A stretch of 50,031 bases of DNA, taken from contig CANRIB010000006.1 of NCBI GenBank assembly GCA_947630575.1, positions 1 through 50,031 of the forward strand. The letters are read 5' to 3'. The position numbers and the translations under genes are program-made. Shown here piece by piece: positions 8,978 to 19,187 of the stretch; position 1 is the stretch's first letter; every line of letters starts with the position of its first letter. The notes under the pieces are model-generated. The model was not told the origin of the DNA, searched no databases, and was given only the letters and a program-made list of their open reading frames with translations. This DNA is from an uncultured Bacilli bacterium. Its GTDB lineage: Bacteria > Bacillota_I > Bacilli_A > RF39 > UBA660.

Positions 8978-10731
8978 TAAATATTAAAGAAAATGAAAAA
9001 TTAAGTATTTTAAACCATAGTTGTGCCCATTTACTAGCTCAAGCCGTAAAACATTTATATCCTGAAGCTTTATTTTGGGTTGGACCCGTCATTGAAGAAG
9101 GATTTTACTATGATATTGATTTAGGAGGTATTACTCTAACTGAAGAAGATTTACCTAAAATTGAAAAGGAAATGAAAAAAATTGCTAAAGATGGCAAAAG
9201 AATCATTAGAGAAGAAATTTCTAAAGAAGAAGCTTTAGAAAAATTTAAAAATGATCCCTATAAAATAGATTTAATCTCTCGTATGGATGAAAAAGATACC
9301 ATCATTAGTTGTTATACTCAAGGTGATTTTACAGACCTATGTCGTGGACCTCATGTTGAAACTGTTAAGCTTTTAAAGAATTTCAAACTTTTAAAAGTAA
9401 GTGGAGCCTACTGGAAAGGTGATGCCAAAAATCATATGCTTCAAAGAATCTATGGTATATGTTTTGAAACACCCGAAGATTTAGAAGCTCATTTAAAAGA
9501 ACTTGAAGAAGCAAAAGAAAGAGATCACCGTAAACTCGGCAAAGAATTAGGTATATTCATGACTTCTGATTTAGTTGGAAAAGGTATGCCTATGTATTTA
9601 CCTAATGGTTATATTATTTGGGAAGAATTAGAAAACTATATTAAAGATAAAGAAAAGAAATTAGGCTATAATCATGTTTTAACTCCTCCATTAGGCAATG
9701 TTGAACTTTATAAAACGTCTGGACATTGGGATCATTATCAAGAAAATATGTTCCCCAAAATGGAAGTAGAAGGGGAAGAATTTGTTTTAAGACCTATGAA
9801 TTGTCCTCATCATATGATGATTTATGGTAATACTATTCATTCATATCGTGACTTACCAATCCGTATTGGCGAAATTGCCCGCGATTGTCGTTTTGAAGCG
9901 AGTGGGGCTCTAAAAGGCATAGAAAGGGCGAGAACTTTCTGTCAAAATGATGCTCACTTATTTGTTACTCATGAGCAAATAGAATCTGAATTTAAATGTG
10001 TAGTAGACTTAATCTTAGAAGTTTATCAAGAATTAAATATCAAAAACTTTAGATTTGAATTATCTCTAAGAGATCCAGAAGATAAAGTTAAATATTATCC
10101 TGATGATGAAATGTGGAATAATGCTGAAGATACTTTAAGAAAAGTTTTAGACCATATTGGTATTGATTATGTTGAAAAAAAAGGTGAGGCAGCTTTCTAT
10201 GGCCCTAAACTAGATGTTCAAGTAAAACCTGCGGTCGGTAATGAATACACTTTATCTACTTGCCAATTAGATTTTTGCTTACCTATGCGTTTTAATTTAA
10301 ATTACATCGATAAAGATGGTTCAAAAAAGACTCCAGTAGTTATCCATAGAGCAATTTTAGGAAGTATTGACCGTTTTATCGCTTATTATTTAGAAGAAAC
10401 TAAAGGAGTTTTACCATTATGGTTATCTCCAATAGAGATTAATATTATTCCTGTAAATAATGAATATCACCTAGAATATGCTGAAAAAATATTTGCTAAA
10501 TTAAAAGAATTGAATATCCGTGTTAATTTAGATAGCAGAGAAGAAAAGCTCGGTTATAAAATGCGGGAATCAGTCATGAAAAAAATCCCATATGCTTTAA
10601 TTCTTGGCAATAAAGAAACAGAATCAAATACCATCAGTTTCCGAAAATATGGCAGTGAAGAAACAATAACAATGCCTATCGATGACTTTATAAATAAAAT
10701 AACTGAAGAAATAAAAAATAAAGGAAACTAA
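8974..10731 (+). CDS. thrS: Threonyl-tRNA synthetase (short form lacking the N-terminal TGS domain)
   Basis: HSCAHLL and DLCRGPH editing motifs, RDHRKLG, RPMNCPHH, AAFYGPKLD, HRAILGS. Confidence 0.97.
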   Translation: MINIKENEKLSILNHSCAHLLAQAVKHLYPEALFWVGPVIEEGFYYDIDLGGITLTEEDLPKIEKEMKKIAKDGKRIIREEISKEEALEKFKNDPYKIDLISRMDEKDTIISCYTQGDFTDLCRGPHVETVKLLKNFKLLKVSGAYWKGDAKNHMLQRIYGICFETPEDLEAHLKELEEAKERDHRKLGKELGIFMTSDLVGKGMPMYLPNGYIIWEELENYIKDKEKKLGYNHVLTPPLGNVELYKTSGHWDHYQENMFPKMEVEGEEFVLRPMNCPHHMMIYGNTIHSYRDLPIRIGEIARDCRFEASGALKGIERARTFCQNDAHLFVTHEQIESEFKCVVDLILEVYQELNIKNFRFELSLRDPEDKVKYYPDDEMWNNAEDTLRKVLDHIGIDYVEKKGEAAFYGPKLDVQVKPAVGNEYTLSTCQLDFCLPMRFNLNYIDKDGSKKTPVVIHRAILGSIDRFIAYYLEETKGVLPLWLSPIEINIIPVNNEYHLEYAEKIFAKLKELNIRVNLDSREEKLGYKMRESVMKKIPYALILGNKETESNTISFRKYGSEETITMPIDDFINKITEEIKNKGN

Positions 10732-10814
10732 AAAACGACCGGTTTTCTATTCAAAAAATAAAAAAACGACCGGTTTTCTGTTCAAAAAATAAAAAAACGA
10801 CCGGTTTTGACCGG
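10729..10814 (+). repeat. 31-bp tandem repeat, ~2.6 copies plus a partial core
   Basis: CGACCGGTTTT starts at 10736, 10767 and 10798; unit AAAAAAACGACCGGTTTTCT(A/G)TTCAAAAAAT. Confidence 0.9.
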
Positions 10815-10835
10815 AAAAAAGAAGGGGGAGTAGTA

Positions 10836-12134
10836 ATGAAACTGGCTAAATACAATAAAATAGAAAATAATACTATAGATTATAAAGAAAAAGTAGAAAC
10901 TAAAAAACCAAAAAGTTGGCTTAAAACAATTTCGGCTTTTGCTAATTCTAATGGAGGTATATTAGTATTCGGTGTAAGAGATAATGACCATGAATTAATA
11001 GGTTTAAATAATCCTATAAAAGATTCAGAAGAAATATCTAAATTAATAAACAGTAAAATTGAACCATTACCAAGATATGAATTAAATTCTTTTACTAAAA
11101 ATGAAAAAACATTTATTGAAGTAAAGATAGGAGATGGACCTAAAACACCTTATTACTATATTTCCGATGGTCGTAAAGAAGCTTTTATTCGCTCTGGAAA
11201 TGAATCTATTCCTGCACCAAAACATATTTTAGAAAATCTTATTTTAAAAGGACAAAATACCACTTTTGATGAATTGCCTAGTAATATTAATATTAAAGAA
11301 GCAAGTTTTACTCTTTTAAATGCTACCTTAATTAAAGAAACAGATAAACAACTTAATAAAGATAAAGATTTAATCTCTTTAGAATTAGCAACAAAAGACA
11401 AAAAACTAACAAATGCTGGCTTATTATTATGTGATCAAGGATTATTAAAACAATCTAGAATATTTTGCACTAAATGGAAAGGCTTAATAAAGGGCTCATT
11501 GAAAGAAGATGCTTATGACGATAAAGAATATACTGGAAGCATTATAACTTTACTAAATAATGCTGAAATGTTTATTAAAAATAATTCTAAAATAAGTTGG
11601 TATATAGACGGAATGAAAAGAATAGAGAAAAAAGATTACCCTCTAGAAGCTGTTCGTGAAGCAATTGTAAATGCTATTATTCATCGTGATTATCAAATTA
11701 TTGGTTCTGAAATTCATATTGATATGTTTGATGATAGATTAGAAATAACTTCCCCAGGAGGCATGCTAGATGGAAGTCTAATTCAAAATTTAGATATAAC
11801 TAAAATTTCTTCAATGCGCCGTAATAAAGTAATATCAGATATTTTTAGCAGACTTAATTTTATGGAAAGAAGAGGCAGTGGATTAATTAGAATATTAGAA
11901 GCCTACGATGACTGTAATATTAAACCAACATTTAATTCTAATGTATCATCTTTTAAAGTTACATTTCCAAATAAAAGATATACTGAAAATAATTCTAATA
12001 CTAAAGAAAAAATTGAAAAAAATATAATTAATGATAAAGATTTGTTTATTTTAAATACATATAAACTATTAAAAGGTAAAATTAGAAGTAAAACTTTTGA
12101 CCAATTAGAATTTGGATTTATGTCAAGTTTTTAG
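10836..12134 (+). pseudogene. AlbA_2/Schlafen-domain + HATPase_c_4 ('RecG C-terminal'-like) protein, 3' end truncated by IS3
   Basis: 'EN.TIDYKE...WLKTISAFANSNGG.L.FGV.D', 'REAIVNAIIHRDY', 'DDRLEITSPG', 'RN..I...F.RL..MERRGSG'; the last codons read into the IS3 IR at 12113. Confidence 0.8.
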
Positions 12135-12159
12135 ACATATTTTTTTGGACAATCTTTAA

Positions 12160-13077
12160 TTAAGCAATTGCTAAATTTGCAATATAATTATTATATTTTT
12201 CATTTGGAGTTATATATCCAAGTGTACTATGTATTCTTTGGTTATTATACCAGCCTTCTATAAATTCAAATATTGCTAATCTAGCTTCTTCAAATGTTTC
12301 ATACGTATTTACATTTACTTCTTCTTTTTTTAATATGGCATTGAAGCTTTCCATACTTGCATTATCATATGGATAACCTTTTTTACTATATGAATGCTTG
12401 ATTTTTAAATCGCTTAAAAGTTTTTCATAATCATTAGATGTATATTGACTTCCACAATCTGAATGAAATATTCCTTCTTGTTTTAGCCCGCGATTAACTA
12501 ATGCCTTCTTAAATGCATCTATTACTAAATCGTTCTCCATATTTAATCCATATGACCAACCCACAACTTTTAAATCAAATAAATCCATTACTATTGCTAA
12601 ATAAGTCCATCCGGTTTCTTTTGTATAAATATATGTTATATCTCCAACCCATTTTTCACTTGGCTTTTCAGCAAAGAAGTTTTGCTCTAAAAGATTTAAA
12701 TATTCTTTTTTATCATCTTGTTTTGAACTTCCTGAATGATTAAATTTCTTAATTGTTATACTTCTTAAACCTAAAAATTTCATTCTTCTTGCAACTCTTT
12801 TTTGACTTACTTTAAATCCTTCTTTATTAAGTATTTTGGTTATTTTAGGAGAACCATATCTTCCTTTTGATTTATTATATATTTGTTTTATTTTAATATC
12901 TAATTCATTATTAGCTTGCTTATAACTATTAATTGGATTTTTAATTTGATAATAATAATCTGATTTAGTAATATTTAAAGCTTTGCATAATAATGTTATA
13001 GAATGTTCTTTTTCATGTTCTTTTATAAATTTAACCTTTTCTTTTATCGTTTTGTGAATATGGCCATGGCTTTTTTT
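12160..13077 (-). CDS. IS3 OrfB DDE transposase, expressed as OrfAB through -1 frameshift
   Basis: I translated the -1 frame and it is open from the A7G site (13070-77) through YGSPKI, WVGDITY, HSDCGSQY, DNASMESF, YNNQRIHSTLG. Confidence 0.9.
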   Translation of the reverse strand, partial: KKSHGHIHKTIKEKVKFIKEHEKEHSITLLCKALNITKSDYYYQIKNPINSYKQANNELDIKIKQIYNKSKGRYGSPKITKILNKEGFKVSQKRVARRMKFLGLRSITIKKFNHSGSSKQDDKKEYLNLLEQNFFAEKPSEKWVGDITYIYTKETGWTYLAIVMDLFDLKVVGWSYGLNMENDLVIDAFKKALVNRGLKQEGIFHSDCGSQYTSNDYEKLLSDLKIKHSYSKKGYPYDNASMESFNAILKKEEVNVNTYETFEEARLAIFEFIEGWYNNQRIHSTLGYITPNEKYNNYIANLAIA

Positions 13078-13316
13078 AATATTTCATTTTCTTCTTTCAA
13101 TAATCTGTTTTCTTTTTGAAGTTTTATTATGTCATTATTACAAGTAATAGTTCCTTCCGATGTAGTTATAGTTCCAAATTTTTCTTTCCAAGCATATACT
13201 AAACTTCTGCTTATGCCATATTCACATACTATTTCTGATATTGCTTTACCATTTTCTATAAGTTTTACAATATTTTTTTTGAAATCTTCATCATATTTTT
13301 TATTCGTCCTTCCCAT
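13044..13316 (-). CDS. IS3 OrfA (HTH)
   Basis: 'KYDEDFK..IV...E.G..ISEI..EYGIS...VYAW...L.KEN..LKEENEILKKAMAIF'. Confidence 0.9.
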   Translation of the reverse strand: MGRTNKKYDEDFKKNIVKLIENGKAISEIVCEYGISRSLVYAWKEKFGTITTSEGTITCNNDIIKLQKENRLLKEENEILKKAMAIFTKR

Positions 13317-13407
13317 AGAACATCTATTCCTTTCATTTAATTTCTATTTTACAATATTTTTTATTAAACGTCCAAAATTTTGTGTCCTAATATCTATTCT
13401 AGCACCA

Positions 13408-13744
13408 TTATATAATTTTTGCTCCATGTTGAATAATTTGGTATATCATCATACATGCTTAATCCCAAAAACCATCTATATGCAATATTAACTTTGCATT
13501 CTTCACAAGTCCTTCTCATACTATTTATTCCAAATATTATATTTATAAATATCAATTTAAAAAGTACCATTGGAGGAACACTTGGTTTTCCTATTTCACT
13601 GTATAAATCTCTTACTAATTCTTCTATAAAAGTAAAATCTATACAATTGTCTAGTTTTCTTACTAAATGTTCTTTTGGTACCAATTCTTCTAATGTGCTT
13701 AATATTATACAATCTTTTTTATAATTTTGTCTGGTCATTGCCAT
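13408..13744 (-). pseudogene. N-terminal fragment of an IS1182-family transposase (DUF772), cut by IS3
   Basis: 'LEELVPKEHLVRKLD..IDF.FI...V.DLYS..GKPSVPP.VLFK...FGI.SMR...VNIAYRWFLGL...D.IP.YST.SKN'. Confidence 0.85.
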
Positions 13745-13882
13745 ATTTATCACTTACTCCTTACTGTACCTATATTTACATTATACCATTTTTCCAATAA
13801 AAAAGTAAGGCTTGTAAGCTTAATTTTAGGTACAATAAGCAACCTTACATTTTTATTATAATATATTTTTTTCAAAATAAAA

Positions 13883-13918
13883 AGACTATTAACAAAATTT
13901 CTTTTGTCAACAGTCTGA
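13883..13918. mobile_element. Probable left end of the IS1182 remnant (imperfect palindrome)
   Basis: AGACTATTAACAAAA-ttttc-TTTTGTCAACAGTCT, directly beside the spoIVA terminator. Confidence 0.5.
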
Positions 13919-13953
13919 AATAACATTCAAGCACCACTCTTGAATGTTATTTT
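13918..13953 (-). terminator. spoIVA terminator
   Basis: AAATAACATTCAAG-caccact-CTTGAATGTTATTT perfect hairpin. Confidence 0.75.
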
Positions 13954-15444
13954 TTATAATACAATTGCAATTAAATTATTAGCTCCTTTATTAACTATTT
14001 TATTAACTGTTTGACTAAGTTTATATCTAGTAGCATCAGGCATCATTGAAAGTTTAGCTTGAATACCTTCTTGTACTATAGCTTCTAAACTTCTTCCAAA
14101 TATTTCAGATTGCCAAATAGAATCAGGGTCTTTTTCATAATCTTTCATTAAATAATTAATAAGTTCTTTACTTTGTTGTTCAGAACCAATAATAGGTTCA
14201 AAAGTTGATTGTACTTCCACTTTCATTAAATGAATAGAAGAAGCCGTTGCTTTTAATTTAACCCCATATCTCGAACCTTGCTTAACTATTTCTGGAGTTT
14301 CTAATTTCATATCTTTAATTGTTGGATAAACAATTCCATAACCCGATTGTCTAGCCACTTTTAAAGCACTTTTAATGGAATCCATTTCTTCTTTAGCTTC
14401 TTTATAATTAGCAAATATTCTAATAAGTCCCGCTTTCGATGTTGCCGAATCTCCCATAATACTTTTTAAAACTTCATTATATAATTCTTCTTTAGCTTCT
14501 AAATTAATTGTCACTGTACCTGTTGCCGCATCAAGTTCACTTATATAAGATTTACTTATATATTCACTATCTTGAAAATGTTCTAATATATAATCAATAT
14601 CTTTAATTTTTTCTACACTAATAACACTTTCTTTAATCTTATCTAAATAGTGTTCTTTAATTTCATGATTTTTAGGTAAAGCATCAATCCAACCAGGAAT
14701 ATTTACTTTAATATCTAATACTGGAAATTCATATAAAGCTTTTTTAAGTATTTCCATTATTTCAATTTCATTCATTTTTTCTGCACTAATAGGTATAACT
14801 GGAACATCATATGATTCTTCTAAATCTTTAGCTATTCTAATTGTTTCTGTGTTAGTAGGGTGCACACTATTTAAAACAACAATAAAAGGTTTACCAATTT
14901 CTTTTAATTCACAAATAACTTTATTTTCTGCTTCAATATAACTAGATCGAGGTATTTCTCCAAAAGAACCATCACTAGTTACTACAATACCTATAGTCGC
15001 ATGATCTCTAATAACTTTTTCTGTTCCAATTTCCGCTGCTTCAATAAAAGGTATAGAATCTTCAAACCAAGGAGTTTTAACCATTCTTGGATTTCCATCT
15101 TCATCTTCATAACCAGTCGCACCCGGTATTACAAAACCCACACAATCTACTAATTTAATATTTGTTTTAAATTCATCAACTTGAACTTCAGCTCCATTAG
15201 AAGGTACAAATTTTGGCTCTGTAGTCATAATAGTTTTTCCTTGAGCACTTTGAGGAATTTCATCTAAACAATGTTTTTTCTCATATTCATCATTAATATT
15301 AGGAACAACTAAATTTTCAATAAATCTTTTAATAAAGGTAGATTTACCAGTCCGAACAGCCCCCACAACCCCAAGATATATACTTCCATTTCCTCTTTTG
15401 GCAATCGATTCAAGTAATTCTTTTTTTTCCAAAAAATTCACCAT
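13954..15444 (-). CDS. spoIVA: Stage IV sporulation protein A (spore coat morphogenetic ATPase)
   Basis: 'IYLGVVGAVRTGKSTFIKRF', 'MTTEPKFVP', 'PRMVKTPWF', 'AAEIGTEKVI.DH.TIG', 'IW.S.IFGRSL'. Confidence 0.97.
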   Translation of the reverse strand: MVNFLEKKELLESIAKRGNGSIYLGVVGAVRTGKSTFIKRFIENLVVPNINDEYEKKHCLDEIPQSAQGKTIMTTEPKFVPSNGAEVQVDEFKTNIKLVDCVGFVIPGATGYEDEDGNPRMVKTPWFEDSIPFIEAAEIGTEKVIRDHATIGIVVTSDGSFGEIPRSSYIEAENKVICELKEIGKPFIVVLNSVHPTNTETIRIAKDLEESYDVPVIPISAEKMNEIEIMEILKKALYEFPVLDIKVNIPGWIDALPKNHEIKEHYLDKIKESVISVEKIKDIDYILEHFQDSEYISKSYISELDAATGTVTINLEAKEELYNEVLKSIMGDSATSKAGLIRIFANYKEAKEEMDSIKSALKVARQSGYGIVYPTIKDMKLETPEIVKQGSRYGVKLKATASSIHLMKVEVQSTFEPIIGSEQQSKELINYLMKDYEKDPDSIWQSEIFGRSLEAIVQEGIQAKLSMMPDATRYKLSQTVNKIVNKGANNLIAIVL

Positions 15445-15463
15445 CTTTCAAACTTTCTACTTA

Positions 15464-15492
15464 AAACTATGAAACATAACCTAAAAATATAA
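15464..15492 (-). promoter_or_regulatory. sigmaE-like promoter of spoIVA
   Basis: Minus strand tATA-16 bp-CATAGTTT. Confidence 0.6.
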
Positions 15493-15668
15493 CTATAAAA
15501 ATAAAATAAGCAAAGAGTAATAAAAATGTGTTATATGATAATATTACTATTAAAAAAAGTGAAACAAAACAATTATCCCAACTTAAAGAACACTAGTTCT
15601 TTTTTCTTTTAGTTTTCTATTATTGTTAAATTACTTTAAATATTATATAATATAATTGGTGTTAAAAT

Positions 15669-17381
15669 ATGAATTGGATTTTAAATATTAATAAAAAGAA
15701 TAAATTCTCATATTATTTATATGTTATCATGTCCATTATCTTCGACAGCCTTTCATTTATTATTCCCATACTTATTGGCTATGTAGTAGATATGGTAACT
15801 ATCAAACATAACTATAATCATTTATTATTAATAATATTAGTTATTATATTATTTTCTATTGTTATTACTTTTTTAGATTATATTTCTTTAATTAAACTTG
15901 ATTATACTGGTGAAAAAATAAGTAGTAGTCTAAAAGAAAAATGTTATTCCCATATTAATACTCTCGATTATCATTTTTTTGAACATAACAATAAAGGCGA
16001 ATTAATGACTAATTTTACAGGCGATATTAGCACTATTAAAAGACATTTATCTTTTAATATTAGAGTTATAGGTTCTATTCTTTTAACATTTATCTGTTCT
16101 TTAGTTTATTTATTAACTATTAATATTCCTTTTACTTTAATATTACTTACTCCAGGTATCTTAATAGGCATCTCATCCTTTATCTTTACTAAAAAAGCTA
16201 TGCCCAAATATGAAGAATTAAGAGATTTACAAGCTAATTCTAATGATTATATCAGTGATAATATTGAAGGCAACAAAGTAATTAAATCTTTTGCTTTAGA
16301 ATCCAAAGAAATAAAAAATATGACTAAAATAAACCAAAAATATATTTTAAAAGATATTGGAGTAGGTTACTTTGAATCTACATTTTATAGTATTGTTGAT
16401 TTTTTAAGTTATTTTATGAACGCGATATTTTTAATTATCGGTGGATATTTATTTATTCATAGTAAACTATCTATAGGAGAATTAGTAATATTTAATGCTT
16501 ATTTATATAATTTAAGAGCACCTTTTATTCGTTTAAGTTATTTATTAAATACTATTGAAAGATATAGTATTGCTAAAAAAAGAATTAAAAAGTTATTAGA
16601 TAGTAAACCATTAGTTAAATTAAATGGTCCTAAAAGATTAAAAAGTCTAAAAGTACCTATTGAATTTAAAAATGTTAAAATAGTTTATGATAATAAAACT
16701 ATTTTAGATAACTTAAATATTACTATTAATCCAAATGAAACTATCGCATTTATTGGTTCTACTGGTTCAGGTAAATCTTCTATCGTAAATCTTTTATTAG
16801 GTTTTATTACTCCTGCAAGTGGCGAAATTCTAATTAATGGGGAAAATTATTTAAATTATAATATTAAAGATATCAGAAGACTAGTTGGTTATGTAACTCA
16901 AAATGCTTATTTATTTAGTGATACTATTTATAATAATATCGCGTATGGTAATACTAAAATAACTAAAAAAGAAGCTTCTAAATATGCTAAAATCGCTTGT
17001 TGTGATTATATTGAAAACTTACCTGATAAATTAGATACTATTATTGGGGAAAAAGGAGTTGGCCTATCAGGCGGCGAAAAACAAAGATTAAGCCTAGCAA
17101 GAGCTCTCGCGGTTAAACCAGATATTTTATTATTAGATGAAATAACCAGTGCTCTAGACATCGAAACCGAAGAAAAAATAAATGAAAGTATTAATAATTT
17201 AGATTATGAATCTACCAAAATTATTATTGCTAGTAAAATAGTATCTGTTGAAAAAGCAAACAAAATATATGTCTTAGATAAAGGTCAAATAGTTGAAAGT
17301 GGAACTCATCAAGAATTATTAAATAAAAAGGGCTATTATTATGAATTATATACGATTGGAAGAGGTGAAATAAATGGTTAA
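15669..17381 (+). CDS. ABC exporter, TMD+NBD subunit 1 of a heterodimer
   Basis: Multi-TM region; GSTGSGKS, LSGGEKQR, LLLDE. Confidence 0.92.
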   Translation: MNWILNINKKNKFSYYLYVIMSIIFDSLSFIIPILIGYVVDMVTIKHNYNHLLLIILVIILFSIVITFLDYISLIKLDYTGEKISSSLKEKCYSHINTLDYHFFEHNNKGELMTNFTGDISTIKRHLSFNIRVIGSILLTFICSLVYLLTINIPFTLILLTPGILIGISSFIFTKKAMPKYEELRDLQANSNDYISDNIEGNKVIKSFALESKEIKNMTKINQKYILKDIGVGYFESTFYSIVDFLSYFMNAIFLIIGGYLFIHSKLSIGELVIFNAYLYNLRAPFIRLSYLLNTIERYSIAKKRIKKLLDSKPLVKLNGPKRLKSLKVPIEFKNVKIVYDNKTILDNLNITINPNETIAFIGSTGSGKSSIVNLLLGFITPASGEILINGENYLNYNIKDIRRLVGYVTQNAYLFSDTIYNNIAYGNTKITKKEASKYAKIACCDYIENLPDKLDTIIGEKGVGLSGGEKQRLSLARALAVKPDILLLDEITSALDIETEEKINESINNLDYESTKIIIASKIVSVEKANKIYVLDKGQIVESGTHQELLNKKGYYYELYTIGRGEING

Positions 17382-19131
17382 TAATTATCAAAAAGATGAA
17401 GAAAAAACCAAATTTTCTTTTTCCAACTTAAAACGTATCTTAAAATTTTTTAAACCTTATAAAAAAGGTTTAACATTATCTTTCTTTCTTGGCATATTCT
17501 CTAATTTATTACTTTTAATTATTCCCCAAATATTTTTATATGCGATTGATAAATCATTTCCCAACCAAAATTTTATGGAAATAATTTTATTAACTTTCAT
17601 TATTTTAGGTTTAGTATTATTATCTGTTTTTATTGCTAAATTGAAAAGAGATAAATTATTAATGGTTTTAGATAATGTTTCCCATGATTTAAAAGTTGCT
17701 ATATTTACTAAACTTCAATATTTACCCAATAATTATTTTGATACTCATAGTCATGGTAAAATTTATACTAGAGCAACTAACTATCCTGATGAAGTAAGTG
17801 CTATTCTCTGTTATGTTTTATTAGATAGTATAATTGATATTATTAATTTATTATTTGTTATAATTTTCATGTTAGCAACCAATATTAAGTTATCTTTAAT
17901 TCCTATTATTTTGGCTCTTATAGTTACAACTATTCTTCTTTTATTATCTCCCCTTCGAAGAAGACTAAAAAATAAAGCCAATGATAAAAATGCTAATGTT
18001 AATGCTTATTTATCTGAAAGTATGGGTGGTATTAGAATTACTCAAAGTTTTAATCGAGAACTAAAAAATGAAAATATTTTAAAAGACTTAGAAGAAAAAA
18101 GAGTAGAAGCTGTTAAAAACACTCTATATTTAGGTAATTTAAGTTGGGCTCTAACCGGGGTTTTAAATCTCACTAGTATGGCTTTAATATATTATCTTGG
18201 CTTAAAATATATGTATCCCATTGTTACTTTAGGAACAATTATTGCAATTGACTCTTATAGTTCTAGATTTTGGGAACCAATTGAATATCTATCTATGAGT
18301 TATAATGATTTAATGGATGCCAGCACTTATTTAGAAAGAATATTTGAATTATTAGATGAACCATTATTAATTGAAAATAGTGCTAATGCTCTTAAACCTC
18401 ATATTAAAGGAAATATTGAATTTGAAAATGTTTACTTTAGTTATGATAACCAAGTACCTGTCTTAAAAAATCTTAATTTAAAAATTAAAGCTGGTGAAAA
18501 AATCGGTTTAGTAGGTGTAACAGGAAGTGGCAAATCAACCATTTTAAGTTTAATATCCCGTTTTTATGATACTAATAAAGGTACTATTTTAATTGATAAC
18601 TACGATATTAAAACAATTGATTTAAAAACTCTAAGAAAAAGCATTAGTATGATGATGCAAGATAGTTATTTATTTGCTCGTTCTGTTTATGATAATTTAG
18701 TTTTAGGCCAAAATATAAGCCTAAAAAAGGTGCGTGAAATCTGTAAATTACTCGATATAGACGATATGATTATGAGTCTTGAAAAAGGCTATGACACTAT
18801 TTTACTTAACAATGGCTCTAATTTATCAAGTGGTGAACGTCAATTACTTTGTATTGCCCGAATTATGATTCAAAATCCTCAAATTTTAATATTAGATGAA
18901 GCAACCAGTAATATTGATTTAAAAACTGAAAAGAAAATCGTAAATGCTCTAAATATTGTTACTCAAAATAGAACTACAATCATGGTTGCCCATCGTATTT
19001 CGACCATTAAAAATTGTGATAAAATAATATTGATTAAAAATCATCGCAATTATGAAGAGGGGACTCATGAAGAATTAATGGCTAAAAAAGGTGCCTATTA
19101 TAAATTATATATGAGTCAAAATATTAATTAA
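17374..19131 (+). CDS. ABC exporter, TMD+NBD subunit 2
   Basis: GVTGSGKS, LSSGERQ, LILDEATS, VAHR; overlaps the subunit 1 stop. Confidence 0.92.
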   Translation: MVNNYQKDEEKTKFSFSNLKRILKFFKPYKKGLTLSFFLGIFSNLLLLIIPQIFLYAIDKSFPNQNFMEIILLTFIILGLVLLSVFIAKLKRDKLLMVLDNVSHDLKVAIFTKLQYLPNNYFDTHSHGKIYTRATNYPDEVSAILCYVLLDSIIDIINLLFVIIFMLATNIKLSLIPIILALIVTTILLLLSPLRRRLKNKANDKNANVNAYLSESMGGIRITQSFNRELKNENILKDLEEKRVEAVKNTLYLGNLSWALTGVLNLTSMALIYYLGLKYMYPIVTLGTIIAIDSYSSRFWEPIEYLSMSYNDLMDASTYLERIFELLDEPLLIENSANALKPHIKGNIEFENVYFSYDNQVPVLKNLNLKIKAGEKIGLVGVTGSGKSTILSLISRFYDTNKGTILIDNYDIKTIDLKTLRKSISMMMQDSYLFARSVYDNLVLGQNISLKKVREICKLLDIDDMIMSLEKGYDTILLNNGSNLSSGERQLLCIARIMIQNPQILILDEATSNIDLKTEKKIVNALNIVTQNRTTIMVAHRISTIKNCDKIILIKNHRNYEEGTHEELMAKKGAYYKLYMSQNIN

Positions 19132-19187
19132 AATCTCTTTACTAACTATAGCATTTTTGTTATAATTACAAACAGGAAGTGTAATTT

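Larger units (their letters stand above)
12113..13407 (-). mobile_element. IS3-family insertion sequence, 1295 bp
   Basis: Imperfect 38-bp TG...CA terminal IRs (TGGATTTA...TTTTGGAC / TGGTGCTA...TTTTGGAC), orfA and orfB, A7G slippery site. Confidence 0.92.

Noticed and set aside
10729-10814. Possible mini CRISPR array
   Set aside because: The units are head-to-tail with near-identical intervening sequence, so there are no unique spacers, and no cas genes are present.
12160-12783. IS3 orfB as a truncated 207-aa pseudogene
   Set aside because: The frame is open upstream to the A7G slippery site, so full-length OrfAB can be made by -1 frameshifting.
15480-15660. Possible sRNA between spoIVA and the ABC exporter
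   Set aside because: Only a short AAAGAAC/GTTCTTT hairpin in AT-rich divergent promoter DNA; not enough support.
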